A DNA stretch of 63,844 bases, the filler included, from Corallochytrium limacisporum Hawaii (lineage: Eukaryota > Protista > Pluriformea): NCBI GenBank assembly GCA_002811645.1. It is 3 parts of 3 records of this genome, joined end to end, with 100 filler letters (N's around TTAATTAATTAA, not from the genome) between each part and the next. Parts side by side here need not be neighbours in the genome. Positions count along the whole stretch, not along the records: positions 41,120 to 63,844 come from PDIP01000254.1; 2 more parts are not named here. The stretch is one strand, 5' to 3'. Position 1 is the stretch's first letter; each line of letters begins with the position of its first letter. Made by a program: the position numbers and the translations under genes. A model generated the notes under the pieces. It did no database searches and was not told the DNA's origin. It saw nothing but the letters and a program-made list of their open reading frames with translations. Positions 52,496 to 63,559 of the stretch are shown piece by piece.

Positions 52496-54415
52496 TTACG
52501 CTTCTTTGAGGTTACTTGTGCGCTTCTTGTACCAAGGTTCGCCACGGTGAATGTCGAAGACCTCCTGCGTGAGGTGGATAGTGTACAGAATGATGTGCAG
52601 GGGAATGTAGAAGGCACCGGGGTCAGTGCGCATGTGAGGAACCATGTACATACCACCGAGAGCGATAATCTGGCCCACGATCATCGGATGGGGCACAATA
52701 TTGAAAGGGAAGGTCTTGACGCTCAGGTAGCCAACCTTAGGGTCAACCTGACCTAGTTCAATTCCAAAGTAGGTGCCATCAATGCCCAGGGCGGCTGTGG
52801 CAGCCATGGAAATAAAGTAGCCAGCGGCAACCAGGGTCAGCGACATGTAGTCCAGGTCATTCAGAGTCAACGGGCCCGCCAGGTACGGAGCTGCGTAGAA
52901 GTATGCAATCTGAGCGAGAGTGATGCACTTGAAAGCGAAGACATCGCGCTTGAAGATACCGTATGAGACATTCTTACGAGTGTAGTACGTGGTGATGTAG
53001 CGGAAGTAGTGCAAGAAGCTGGTCATGTACACAAAGATCAGGGGATTGTACAGGTACCCCAGAGTGGTAGCTAGCAAAAAGTAAGGAATGTTGTTCCATC
53101 CGAAGATGTGTTCAACAGCGCACCAGAATTTGGTACCCAAAATTACACCGAGCTCAGCCAGTGTCTTCTCGAACCAGGTTTTTGGCATAATGGTCTTCAG
53201 ATAGAGCGCACGGAACAGAGCATTGTAGCCAGTGGTACCCAGTTTGGCCCACTTGCCAAAGAAAGTTGCCCAGCGGGGATACACGGCGTAATGGAGCTTC
53301 AGCACAATGCGGTGCTCAAAAGGTTTGGACTCGTCCAAGGTGATGTGGTGAATCTCACGATTGAAGTCAAAACCAATGATCTCACCGTCCTCGACCTGGA
53401 ATGAGCGGGGATCCATATCCAGGTGGGTCTGATACCGCTTGTTAGGGGAGATGGCCAGAATGCAGCGGTAGACGGAGGCGAAGGGCACCCAGGTGAAGGG
53501 ACCATCAATGTGGTGCAGCCAGAAAGTGGCATCACTCGTGCCAGGATTGTTCCGACCGGAGACATAGATCTCGTTCATGCCCTCTACTATCTCGAGGTGG
53601 AATTCATCTCTAGCAAACCGAGTGGCGAACATATTAGCAATCATTTCGCTGCCAGCAATACGATCAAACGCAGCACGTTCTCTACCCTCGAGCTTGACAT
53701 GCCAGAAGTGAGTGGAAGTTTCCTGGGAAGGATTCTGAGCGGCCGTCCAGTCGCGCAGAATGGCAAGCTCCCTCTTATCGGAGGCTTTAGTAAACTTACC
53801 GTTCAGGACACGGCTTTCGGCATACATGGCAGGAATGAAACGGCGACTGGAGTCAATATACAGCGCACCAACAGCCCAAAAGGCCAAGGGCAGCACAATG
53901 TATAGCACAGTGTTGCGCTCCTCCTCGGACAGGACAGGACCGACGCTCCAGCCCAGAACGTTCTTGTAAAGAACCTCAACGCATAGAGGGAGCAGGTAGT
54001 ATGTGTGCTCAATGAGCATGGATACGAACTCAGGTTTCTCTTGGTAGGAATTCTGGTATGTGCCCTCACCTGTGACCAAATGAGCAGCCTCCTGACCAAC
54101 AAAGCACAAAATCATGACAATAATACTACCCACCAGGTGCAGGTCAGCGGAGTAACGCAAACGCTCCATAGCAGCAATGACTGCAATAGTCCCGAGGAAA
54201 ACATAAATGGGAATGCCCTCGTAGAAGAGAGCAACCAGATAGGCTGCGAAAAGCCAGGAAGGCATGTAGCGGTGGTATTTGGTGTCCATTTCGAAGCTCG
54301 ACAGTGCTGACGCGGCCGCCATCATGCCACAAGGTGTGGTGATCATGTGCAGCGCAACGTTCACGCTGTCCTGGTGGAACTCACCAAAGGGCTGAGAGAT
54401 TGTCGCGTACTCCAT
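52496..54415 (-). CDS. Membrane protein fusion: Mpo1/DUF962-like domain + His/Asp cupin-like domain + PEMT phospholipid methyltransferase domain
   Basis: FHQDSVNVALH and QEAAH (Mpo1-like His motifs); HHIDGPF and FDFNREIHHI (HxD...H); ALGIDGTYFG and FPFNIVPHPMIVG (PEMT). Confidence 0.8.
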   Translation of the reverse strand: MEYATISQPFGEFHQDSVNVALHMITTPCGMMAAASALSSFEMDTKYHRYMPSWLFAAYLVALFYEGIPIYVFLGTIAVIAAMERLRYSADLHLVGSIIVMILCFVGQEAAHLVTGEGTYQNSYQEKPEFVSMLIEHTYYLLPLCVEVLYKNVLGWSVGPVLSEEERNTVLYIVLPLAFWAVGALYIDSSRRFIPAMYAESRVLNGKFTKASDKRELAILRDWTAAQNPSQETSTHFWHVKLEGRERAAFDRIAGSEMIANMFATRFARDEFHLEIVEGMNEIYVSGRNNPGTSDATFWLHHIDGPFTWVPFASVYRCILAISPNKRYQTHLDMDPRSFQVEDGEIIGFDFNREIHHITLDESKPFEHRIVLKLHYAVYPRWATFFGKWAKLGTTGYNALFRALYLKTIMPKTWFEKTLAELGVILGTKFWCAVEHIFGWNNIPYFLLATTLGYLYNPLIFVYMTSFLHYFRYITTYYTRKNVSYGIFKRDVFAFKCITLAQIAYFYAAPYLAGPLTLNDLDYMSLTLVAAGYFISMAATAALGIDGTYFGIELGQVDPKVGYLSVKTFPFNIVPHPMIVGQIIALGGMYMVPHMRTDPGAFYIPLHIILYTIHLTQEVFDIHRGEPWYKKRTSNLKEA

Positions 54416-56966
54416 ACCTATTGTAACTAGAGTGATCCCGGTCTAGCCGACTTACTCCCGGAACAGCCTACTGAATAGATACTCTCACATACACTCTGCA
54501 CACACGAACAGGTGATAAATGTGAGTAGGGACTGGTCGTTTGCATGCCATTCGTGGACTCCAATTCACCGTCTCAAATAGCACTTTTACTGACCGCCCAT
54601 CGAGGCACACAAGCCACAAAACCCCCCGTCATTCAAACGAAACCCCACCGCCACCGGCCACATCATCACTTGCTGTAAACGCACACGAAGGAGGGGACGG
54701 GGCGTAACACACGCTGGAGAAAGTTATGCCCCCGGTCTCGGGTTTCACACCGATAGTATACAGCAGAAACCTGTCCGTTCTGGAAATCCGTTCAGGAGGA
54801 GTTCGCTGGATGAAATCCCGTGCTCACTGGGATGGACGGATGGTTGCTTCGATAGCCCTGGACTCCTAACTGTGTCTACGTTCTCGCCCGATAAACTTTT
54901 TGTTTTCATACCTATTTTCTCCGCCTTGCGTTGGTCCCCATAAGTTCACTATAGCAAGCCTGTGGGTCCCTGGGGATTTACCAGGCACTGGCCCGGGGAA
55001 ATGGATCCGTGTCCACTTTTCGTGTCCAGAACTGCTACAGGGGTAGGACTGTTTTTCGTCTTGCCGGTGTCTAAACCACAGGGTTAATGAAAAAGCCAAT
55101 TCATCTCTCCGTCTTGTAAAGAGAGTGCGCCACGTTGATGTGCTGCCTCTGCCCTACACATACCGGGTGTATCGTTCCCATGCAAGGCCCACCATATGTC
55201 ACTAGAAGGCACATCACATGCTATTGCCTTCTTGCATATGTGGACAGTGTGCGGTTGCATAATGCAAAACACTCAATTCCCAAGCTCGGTACGGTGTGGT
55301 AAATAGGGATGCTCACATTGCCTATTACCATGGTTGTCTGTTGTCCAGTATTCAAGATGTTTGCCTACTGATAGAGAGCGCTCAGGCACATCGTACTTCT
55401 ATTCTCCTTATCCACCGCTGATGATGAGGGAGTCGCAGTGCGAGCTGCTCGCCATCCAAAACATACATCCTTAGCATGCGGAGGTTTCAATGCCCCCTAT
55501 GGATTAGCATCTTCCTAAGCTGCATGAATCACCGTAGGATTCGTCGTAGGATCCGCCTAAACGATCATGACGAACGACAGCAGATCACAGTGTGCCAATG
55601 ATATGCGGAAGGCTGGAAGACTCAAGTTGCTGAGACTTGGCTTTACGACATACGAAGCGGGCCAGGGGAAATAAGAACACATCTCGTTCGGTCGGGTAAC
55701 ACGCAGCACGCACTGCCTCCCCTCCCTTTCATTGGCTGTAGAGCGACAGGGCGGTTAGGACGAATTTCCAACAGTCATTGTTCAAATTAACATTATTAGG
55801 GTAGACAGTTCGATATTCTCCCTTCCTGTAAACTGATAACCTTATTACCATGATTTAAAGGCCTTCCGCAATTTCTCTTGCCCAAAACTAGAGCGATCCG
55901 AAAAGAGTCCCACACCGGCGTGTGGAGGACGATCGGTGGGGTGGGTACTGGGTCAACCGGAGTTCTCCGACCTTTCTAAAAAGCAAAAAACAAAAATATT
56001 GGGAGACCGGCGCGATCACTGCCGGTATAATATCACCCCGCGCCTATTTGCCAATCAAAGGCCCACCCACACACACACAGAGAAGGGAAAAAAGGACCGA
56101 GCCGGTCTCTCCCCGGTGTGTGCCTCTCTCACAGCTCTGGGTAGCCCGGTCGGTGAGGCAGAGGGAGGCGGAGGGGGGGGGACCCTTGGCCCGCCCACTA
56201 TCCGCCGCTATGGGAGACGACCGGGAGGGATGGGCGTAAGAACGGGAGGGGTTGGTCCCGGGGTGTGTGTGCTGCCACGGAGTTTCTCAGATCGAAAAGG
56301 GGAACCTCACACTCAGGGGTTAAATTAAAGGGAAAGGAACACCTCCTCCCTCCCACCCGGGCCGGTTAGCGGTAGACCATGGTCCGGGAAAGCCAAACAC
56401 CTGGCCGGCCCTACGTCGGGACACCCACCCTCGCCTTTGATTTTAGGGGCCCCAACCTCTTTTTTTTTTACCTGTTGCGCCCTCGGGCGTGCGCTTGGAG
56501 ACAGTACTGGTACCACCACCAGTGGTTTTCGACGATACATTTCGTTCGAACTGGCTGGGTTTGCATTGCTATCAGCCATGAATTTGGGTCCAAATGAGAA
56601 GGTTTGATTAAAGGAAATGATTTAGAACCCCCAATTTCCTTGTGTGAACAATTGGCGATGTGGAGCTGTGCCATATGAACAAATAATATGTTGTTAGTAC
56701 TGAGAAGCGGCTACAGCTGTGGCGGGTGCTGGGGATCAGGACCAGATACCACTGCTGGTGGTATAAAGACAATTTTGGTGGTTAACATTCTCATTGGGCA
56801 CATACGAAATGTGTGTAGACGATCAAAATATAGAGACGCATAGGGATACCAAGAATAAGATATCAACAATGGGATCTACGTTCCGTTGAGTAAAACACTA
56901 CGGGGAGTGACGTGGACCAGGTAGGATCAAAATATCACTGGAACAAACTACAAACCAACGGACACA

Positions 56967-59873
56967 ATGGCTGAAAACCGTGGTTTATTTGACGAGGCCG
57001 AAGAGGAGCTGCTGGGAAACGTGCAACAACCGTCGCCTAGGTCAAGGTCCAGTGATCCTCTGAGGAACACTGGCGGTAGCGGCGGCGGAAACAGCAGAGC
57101 TTCGCCCAGAACGCCAGGTGCGGCAGCAATTTCACGGACCGACGACGAATATGCGTATAGTACACAGTCGGTGAGATCGGCAACAACTAGTCACCAACGA
57201 CAAATCGTGGGCCTTCACGGGGAAGACAGAGTGACTTCCCCTTTAGAAGGGGACGAAATGCCCATGGAGTCACCGACTCGCCACGGTAGTCTTGGAGCTC
57301 GCCTCGGTAGCTTACTTGGAGGATCTGCACGACAAAAATACCAAAAGTTGCGAGGATCAGACAGCGGCGTGACGGCATTGGATGACTTTGGCAATATGGC
57401 AGAAAACGGAGCAGGAGGAGAAATTGACGAGGTCAGCCTGCAGCAGCTGGGCAAGGCCCAAGGGGCTCGAAGGGCATCCCAGTTGGAAACAGTGGAGCAG
57501 TTGGGTCGATACCAGAGCAACCGAGCGCGGCTGAACTCTTTCGACGAAGAGCAGAACCACCCGCGCATCAGTCGCACTCTTCAGCGGTTCCTAAGCGAGG
57601 AAGAAATGGACACAGAATTAACGAGGAATTGGACCACACAATACTCGGATTTCAATACCATAGATTGGTTGCGAGACACGGCTCGAGAACGACACCGCAA
57701 GCGTCGTATTCGCAAGAGCATCGACCGTACCTACACATCCCTGCCAAAGATAATGTGGGACAGTGGTCAGGCGTGGTTTATCGTCACTGTAGTGGGTATT
57801 CTGTCTGGTATGTTCGCTGCCAGCATTTCCGTGGGGGTCGAATGGTTGGTAGATATGCGTATTGGCGTCTGTCCGTCGCAGTTTTGGCTGAACAAAAATT
57901 TCTGCTGCTGGACGGACACAGCACAGGACGGAGAGTGTGCTGAGTGGCGCACTTGGGCACAATTGATGGGCGTAACCAACAGTTTCGGGAGCTTCATCAT
58001 TAACTATACTCTGTATGTATTAGCCAGCTTACTGTTTGCATGGACTGCAGCGATGATGGTGCAGGAGTACGCACCATTCGCGGCGGGTTCGGGTATTCCA
58101 GAAGTGAAAACCATTCTGTCCGGTTTCGTGATGCGCGACTTCCTCTCGTTGCGGACGCTGCTGGTGAAGGCGATGGGCTTGGTCGTTAGTGTAGCATCGG
58201 GTCTAAGCCTGGGTAAAGAGGGACCACTGGTTCATGTGGCAAGCTGTTGTGGAAATTTGATTGCAAACATGTTCCCGAAGTACCGGTATAATGAAGCCAA
58301 GAAGCGTGAGATGCTCTCTGCGGCATCTGCGGCCGGTGTGTCTGTAGCTTTCGGTGCCCCCATTGGCGGTGTCCTGTTCTCGCTGGAAGAGGTCAGCTAC
58401 TACTTCCCGCACAAAACCCTCTGGCGGTCATTCTTCTGCGCAATGGCAGCCGCGTTTACCTTACAGTATGCCAATCCGAACCGTTCTGGACGGTTGGTCC
58501 TGTTCTATGTTACTTACGACCATCCGTGGCATCTGTTTGAAATCATTCCGTTCATCTTTGTCGGCGTCATGGGTGGTCTGTACGGAGCATTTTTCATCAA
58601 GTACAACATCAAGTGGTGCGAATTCCGCAGAACCTCTTTCCTGAGTCAGCACCCAATCAAGGACGTTGTCACAGTAGCTGCAATTGGTGCTGCAGTCAAC
58701 TACATCAACCCCTTTATGCGTGGCAACACTGCCGAACTCATCGGTGAACTCTTCAGCGAGTGCCTACCCAACGAACCAAGCCACTTGTGCTCTGGCAATG
58801 TCACGAGTGCCGTGCTGTGGTTGCTGCTGGCGATTGGTTTCAAGGCCGTCATTACCATATTTACCTTTGGTTTGAAGGTTCCCGCCGGTCTCTTCATCCC
58901 GACCATGGCTGTTGGTGCCATCTTTGGCCGTCTCTTTGGCATGACTCTTGAGGCCATTGTGCTGGCCCAACCGAGTTGGTTCGCTAGGGCGTGCCCAGAC
59001 AGTGCGAGCTGCATCACTCCTGGGTTGTACGCCATGGTTGGTGCAGCAGCTGCTCTGGGTGGTGTCACGCGCATGACGGTCAGCCTTGTGGTCATCATGT
59101 TCGAGCTCACTGGAGGTCTGACCTATGTGGTACCGGTCATGATTGCTGTAATGGTCAGCAAGTGGATCGGTGATGCGACCGGCTACGACGGCATTTACGA
59201 TTGCCACATTGAATTGAACGGATACCCGTTCCTGGACAACAAGGCCGACTTCTCAACCACATCGCTGGCTTGTGACATCATGAAGCCACAGGAGGCCACT
59301 GACACTCCACTTACCTTCCTCACTCTTACGGGCATGACCTACGGCCAACTGAAGACGCTCCTAGTCAATACCCGGCTCACCGGTTTCCCCTTGGTTGTGA
59401 ACGAGCAGAACATGGAAATTGCTGGCTACGTTAGTGCCAACGAGCTGCGGTCCCTTCTGAGGCATGTCCTGAAGTCCCGCAATGTTGTCATCAATGGCAA
59501 CAACTCCAGCGCCGCCTCCGTCCTGGTCGGCAACAATGACACCAATGATGACGAAGAGAGCGGCCTGCGGTCGCCCCTCAACGCCGACGACAACATTGAA
59601 TGCCGCTTCACCCCGGCCCTTCATGGCGGTAGGGAAGAATACCTGGACCTGCACCACTCCGTTGACCCACGGCCCATGATCCTGACCTCGCAGGCGAGTA
59701 TGGAGACAGTGGTGGAGATGTTCCGAAAGCTGGGTCTGCGGTATGTTCTGATTGAAGAGAATGGTCGCCTGGCTGGCATCATCACAAAGAAGGACCTACT
59801 GCGCTTCATTCACACGGACGCACAGGTCATCAAAGAGACCAACGAATTGACTCGACCGTTTGTCTCGCAGTGA
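56967..59873 (+). CDS. CLCN3: CLC-3/4/5-type 2Cl-/H+ exchanger with two CBS domains
   Basis: TIDW; GSGIPE; GKEGP (gating Glu); LEEVSYYFP (proton Glu); GLFIP; GVTRMTVSL; GIITKKD. Confidence 0.95.
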   Translation: MAENRGLFDEAEEELLGNVQQPSPRSRSSDPLRNTGGSGGGNSRASPRTPGAAAISRTDDEYAYSTQSVRSATTSHQRQIVGLHGEDRVTSPLEGDEMPMESPTRHGSLGARLGSLLGGSARQKYQKLRGSDSGVTALDDFGNMAENGAGGEIDEVSLQQLGKAQGARRASQLETVEQLGRYQSNRARLNSFDEEQNHPRISRTLQRFLSEEEMDTELTRNWTTQYSDFNTIDWLRDTARERHRKRRIRKSIDRTYTSLPKIMWDSGQAWFIVTVVGILSGMFAASISVGVEWLVDMRIGVCPSQFWLNKNFCCWTDTAQDGECAEWRTWAQLMGVTNSFGSFIINYTLYVLASLLFAWTAAMMVQEYAPFAAGSGIPEVKTILSGFVMRDFLSLRTLLVKAMGLVVSVASGLSLGKEGPLVHVASCCGNLIANMFPKYRYNEAKKREMLSAASAAGVSVAFGAPIGGVLFSLEEVSYYFPHKTLWRSFFCAMAAAFTLQYANPNRSGRLVLFYVTYDHPWHLFEIIPFIFVGVMGGLYGAFFIKYNIKWCEFRRTSFLSQHPIKDVVTVAAIGAAVNYINPFMRGNTAELIGELFSECLPNEPSHLCSGNVTSAVLWLLLAIGFKAVITIFTFGLKVPAGLFIPTMAVGAIFGRLFGMTLEAIVLAQPSWFARACPDSASCITPGLYAMVGAAAALGGVTRMTVSLVVIMFELTGGLTYVVPVMIAVMVSKWIGDATGYDGIYDCHIELNGYPFLDNKADFSTTSLACDIMKPQEATDTPLTFLTLTGMTYGQLKTLLVNTRLTGFPLVVNEQNMEIAGYVSANELRSLLRHVLKSRNVVINGNNSSAASVLVGNNDTNDDEESGLRSPLNADDNIECRFTPALHGGREEYLDLHHSVDPRPMILTSQASMETVVEMFRKLGLRYVLIEENGRLAGIITKKDLLRFIHTDAQVIKETNELTRPFVSQ

Positions 59874-60009
59874 AACATCACACACAGTACGATTGCTATA
59901 ATCAAGGAATTCATACATCGTGCACTTTAGATCAACCTCAACATGTCGATAATTTGTTTGCCTTAACACCTTTCTTTAATGTGCGCGGGTTTACTTACCC
60001 TCCGCTAGT

Positions 60010-61026
60010 TTACAGTTCCCGCAGACTACGCTGCACGAAGAAGGCCTTGCTGCGCGGCAATCCAAGGACGACTGCTAGTTCCTCAGCTGCGTGCATTGGC
60101 GAGTCCTTGCCCTGGGTCTTGGATCCAGTGTCGGGGGATTCCACACTGCCGAACCCCTCATCCTCCCTGCACAGGTTATCAGCTATTTCAATCTCCGCCT
60201 GCTCCCAACGCCTCTGTAGCTGGGTGCTGATCCGCCATCGTACAGTGCCCCATAGCGGTCCTGTGGCTGCACTCCCGCGTTTCGTGGATACCAAGGACAC
60301 ATCACATGAGCGTGTGCCATCCTCTTCTTTGAGCGCCGAGAGCACTGTTTGAGTGCCCTTCCATGCGGAATAGTTAGCATGCAGTCGAAAGGCATTGTAC
60401 GCAAAGAACACATTCGGCCCCGGCAACACGAATAATGCCCCACTGAAGGGCAGACAAAGGGTGCTCAGCACGGTCCAACGCCGGAAGTGAGCCTCACTCG
60501 CCCGCGCGTCGGCGCAGAGGGCGCCTACCGTCTCGGCAATCACTGGGAATGGATCTGACTTAGCAGAACGGCCGTGCGGAGATGGCTGTGGAACGAGGAC
60601 TAGCGTCTTCCGCGCAGTCACTGAGCCTGGAACTGAGCCGTAGTACACCTCTCGCAGGTCTCGGTGTCGTCCGTACGCTTCCAGGCCCCGTTTTACTCGG
60701 TGCAGGAAAGTGCCCGGTTCGGCAGACTTCAGAGAGGCGAGCTGTTTCTGCGTCTCGCCGCGGAGCCACTTGCGCAAGCCTTCAAAGATGGCAGACGATG
60801 GAAAAAGTGACGACAAAGTCCCTGTGTATCTATCAGTACTACTATTTTCACTCACACTGCTGCTGCCATTCTCAGGTCCGTCTCCAGCAATGCTCGAGGC
60901 TTTGTCGCTGACAGTCACACCAAAGATCCATGGCACTGGACTCTTCCCATGGACAGATGCCGGGGCTCCCATGCCCCGCAGTGGAATCAACCGAAGTGTG
61001 AGAATGCAACTATCTCGCGGAGGCAT
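60010..61026 (-). CDS. Mitochondrial K+/H+ exchange-related protein (Mit_KHE1 / YDL183C-like)
   Basis: LRLIPL start; HFRRW...LPFSGALFVLPGPNVFFAYNAFRLHANYSAWKG resembles the family core (P.PN.P.FY..YR.Y..W.A..G). Confidence 0.7.
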   Translation of the reverse strand: MPPRDSCILTLRLIPLRGMGAPASVHGKSPVPWIFGVTVSDKASSIAGDGPENGSSSVSENSSTDRYTGTLSSLFPSSAIFEGLRKWLRGETQKQLASLKSAEPGTFLHRVKRGLEAYGRHRDLREVYYGSVPGSVTARKTLVLVPQPSPHGRSAKSDPFPVIAETVGALCADARASEAHFRRWTVLSTLCLPFSGALFVLPGPNVFFAYNAFRLHANYSAWKGTQTVLSALKEEDGTRSCDVSLVSTKRGSAATGPLWGTVRWRISTQLQRRWEQAEIEIADNLCREDEGFGSVESPDTGSKTQGKDSPMHAAEELAVVLGLPRSKAFFVQRSLREL

Positions 61027-61910
61027 GATTTACGTCTCAATGGCTGCCTACACTAGGACTGTGGTTACGTCTGCTTTTGCGAGGTCCGTTGCATGATGCT
61101 GGCCCGCAGTCTCAGAAAGCCTTGACCTACTGTGTACGCGACAATCAGGCTCACCGCATAGTCCACACCATACTCCACCAAATGCTGGGTCAGTTTCTCA
61201 ACAAAATCAGACACCAGGCGATGAACTTGGTTGTTTACGCTTTCCATACAAAGGGCAAGAGATACAGACAGCTCAGATATTTCGTCTACGTGAGAACCGG
61301 TGCTGACGCTACTCTGTTGTTTTGCCGGCCAATCTTCTCGTCGTTCACAGGATCAACAACAATTGGCATAATCAAAACAAGACACTTTCAGGTACCTGGA
61401 TATCTGAGAAGGAAGACGAATCCATAAGCCGTCTGCGCAATGTGGATGTGGATACGAATTCTGACGACAAGCGGCTGTTGCCGATAACCTTGCGAAGAGC
61501 CAACACAATGCGCTCGTCCCTCCGAGCCCCCCCTTTTTTGCTCTACCTCCCTTTCCCCGCCGGGCCTGAGGCCTCCCTGCCGTGTCCCAGGCGCGCCGAC
61601 GAACGTGACAAAGGCAAGCAAAGGAACCACAACGACTGAGACTATTTGCCGGACACCACCTGGCTTGCAAAGGACGCATCTATTTTAGAGTTTTGAATGG
61701 GTGGTTTCCGATAGAAAGATTTGGTGACTGGATTTATGGGACCGGTCTCGTAGCAATATGTTTGCCGAAAGTTGTCGCGTACACCAACTGCAGATTTGAA
61801 ACCTGAGGAAAAAGGACGGAACATTAGGTCTAGTACGCAGGTATCGGGACCGTAAGATTGCACATTAAAGAAACACAAAGAGCACTTAGTGAAGCTATAT
61901 TCAACAGAAA

Positions 61911-62600
61911 ATGATGTCACTTATCAACACCGTACGCGGCAGTACATCTGCCCTGCTGCGCCGTAGCAACTTTTCCACACACATGGCAGCACCAGTCCTC
62001 CTTCAGCAACGGGCGTGGTACGCAGACGATCCATCGCAGCGGCCCTCCAACCGAGCGACAAAAGACATCGCCCAGCAGCAGCTACAGCAGGAAATGGAGC
62101 TGGCCGAGAAGGAACGGGAGCAACAAGGAACAACCATTCCTGGGACCATCCTCAGTGGAGGTGCCGGAGCCCAAACCGGTCAAGGTGGTGCCCGTTTGCA
62201 GATCATGAGCTATTCACCGAAGGGCTTTAAAATCTCAGGGATTCACTACCGCGGACCTGTGGTCCTAAGTGGACGGTACTGCTTCCTCTGGAACTGCCGG
62301 CAGGCTTCCGATATTTCTGTAGAGAGCATGAAGTGGTTCTTCCTGCTGGAGCCCCGACCGGAGACGCTGGTCATTGGTACGGGCAATCGAATTGAACAAA
62401 TTGACCCGGATGTGCAGAAAGCATTGCGAGAGGCGGGCATAAAGTACGAAGTGCAGGACACTCGCAGTGCGTGCAGTACGTACAATTTACTTACTGTCGA
62501 GAACCGGATCATCAGTGCGGCCCTGATCCCGCCGGTGGAGTTGGATCCAAGTGTAACGCCGAGGCAACCGAAGCGTCTGAGGGACGAGCTTGGGATGTAG
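61911..62600 (+). CDS. NDUFAF3: Complex I assembly factor NDUFAF3 (Mth938 domain)
   Basis: Presequence; IMSYSPKGF; LEPRPETLVIGTG; EVQDTRSACSTYNLLTVENR.ISAALIPP. Confidence 0.92.
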   Translation: MMSLINTVRGSTSALLRRSNFSTHMAAPVLLQQRAWYADDPSQRPSNRATKDIAQQQLQQEMELAEKEREQQGTTIPGTILSGGAGAQTGQGGARLQIMSYSPKGFKISGIHYRGPVVLSGRYCFLWNCRQASDISVESMKWFFLLEPRPETLVIGTGNRIEQIDPDVQKALREAGIKYEVQDTRSACSTYNLLTVENRIISAALIPPVELDPSVTPRQPKRLRDELGM

Positions 62601-62722
62601 GCAAGGGTTTCTTCAGATTCATTTTCATTAACTAGAGATAAATACAAAGCCATAGCAGTTGTCCGTTGCAAACAGACGGATCTGAATGTTTCTTTATTAG
62701 ATCGATCAACCTCCTTAATGAT

Positions 62723-63559
62723 TTACCGCCGGATACTCTTTGTAAACGTCCCGGGGATGAATGGACTTCGCCCCGTCGCTTTGTTCAATCCGAAAATATG
62801 TGGATACTTTCCTCGCAGCCGCCGCAGTGCCTCACGAATGTGGCGCGGGCGGAGTGGGGTTTGATTAGGGTTGTTTGGGGCTTCAAATGGTAGCTTTTCA
62901 CTGTTCTTTTGGGGTCCTTCAGTTTGATCAGTTTCCATGGCCTGATTCTCTACTGTGATGGGGCGCTTACCTTCGGCCTGCTTTTCCTCCCTGGTCTTCA
63001 ATGCCTCATCACGTTCGTCCCATTCCTTTTTTACGCGCAGCGCTTCCTCCGTCACTTCCGCGAGGTGCATCTTTGCGGCAGCCTTGAGCACAATTACCAG
63101 TCGTGTGTCCCAGGTGCCCTTGCTCGCCTTTCGCCCCAGAAGTTCGTTCATAATCTGCTTGAAGTCTTGTGGATCGAAGACCACTTCGCTCCGGCAGACC
63201 TGCCGGCGGTCCTCCTCGGTGTCGTAGTTAACCTCGAGCTCTTTTTCGAACTTTGAGAGAAGATCCCGACGGTTTGCCTCCTCCTCGGCTTCCACAATGT
63301 TTCCGTCGTCCTTTTCCAAATCATCGTCTTCACCACCACGGTAAGTAGGTAGTTGAGCCGAAGATCCAGCACCCCCGCTGCTCTGTGCAGCTGACGCCGA
63401 CGGAACGGGCGCGGAGAGTGAGAGAGAAGGCAGTAGCCCGGCCGCGCCCGCGGAGCTGGTCGCAGTTACGCCGGTGGACGCCGACGGACCTCTGCCTGCG
63501 GTGCTGTTTGAGTGAGATCCACCGACCTTGGTGGGTGTCATCCCTGGTAAGGATGCCAT
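62723..63559 (-). CDS. TAF11: TFIID subunit TAF11-like histone-fold protein
   Basis: VIVLKAAAKMHLAEVTEEALRVKKEW and PLRPRHIREALRRL match the TAF11 histone fold. Confidence 0.8.
   Translation of the reverse strand: MASLPGMTPTKVGGSHSNSTAGRGPSASTGVTATSSAGAAGLLPSLSLSAPVPSASAAQSSGGAGSSAQLPTYRGGEDDDLEKDDGNIVEAEEEANRRDLLSKFEKELEVNYDTEEDRRQVCRSEVVFDPQDFKQIMNELLGRKASKGTWDTRLVIVLKAAAKMHLAEVTEEALRVKKEWDERDEALKTREEKQAEGKRPITVENQAMETDQTEGPQKNSEKLPFEAPNNPNQTPLRPRHIREALRRLRGKYPHIFGLNKATGRSPFIPGTFTKSIRR

Noticed and set aside
61065-61247. 60-aa minus-strand ORF ending 38 nt before the Mit_KHE1 start
   Set aside because: Short, no recognisable family; could be a uORF or small protein but is unsupported.
5309-63559. 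Apparent chromatin/transcription gene cluster (CBP, SWI3, HDAC3, TAF11)
   Set aside because: The genes lie on three contigs joined by artificial spacers and are interspersed with unrelated genes.
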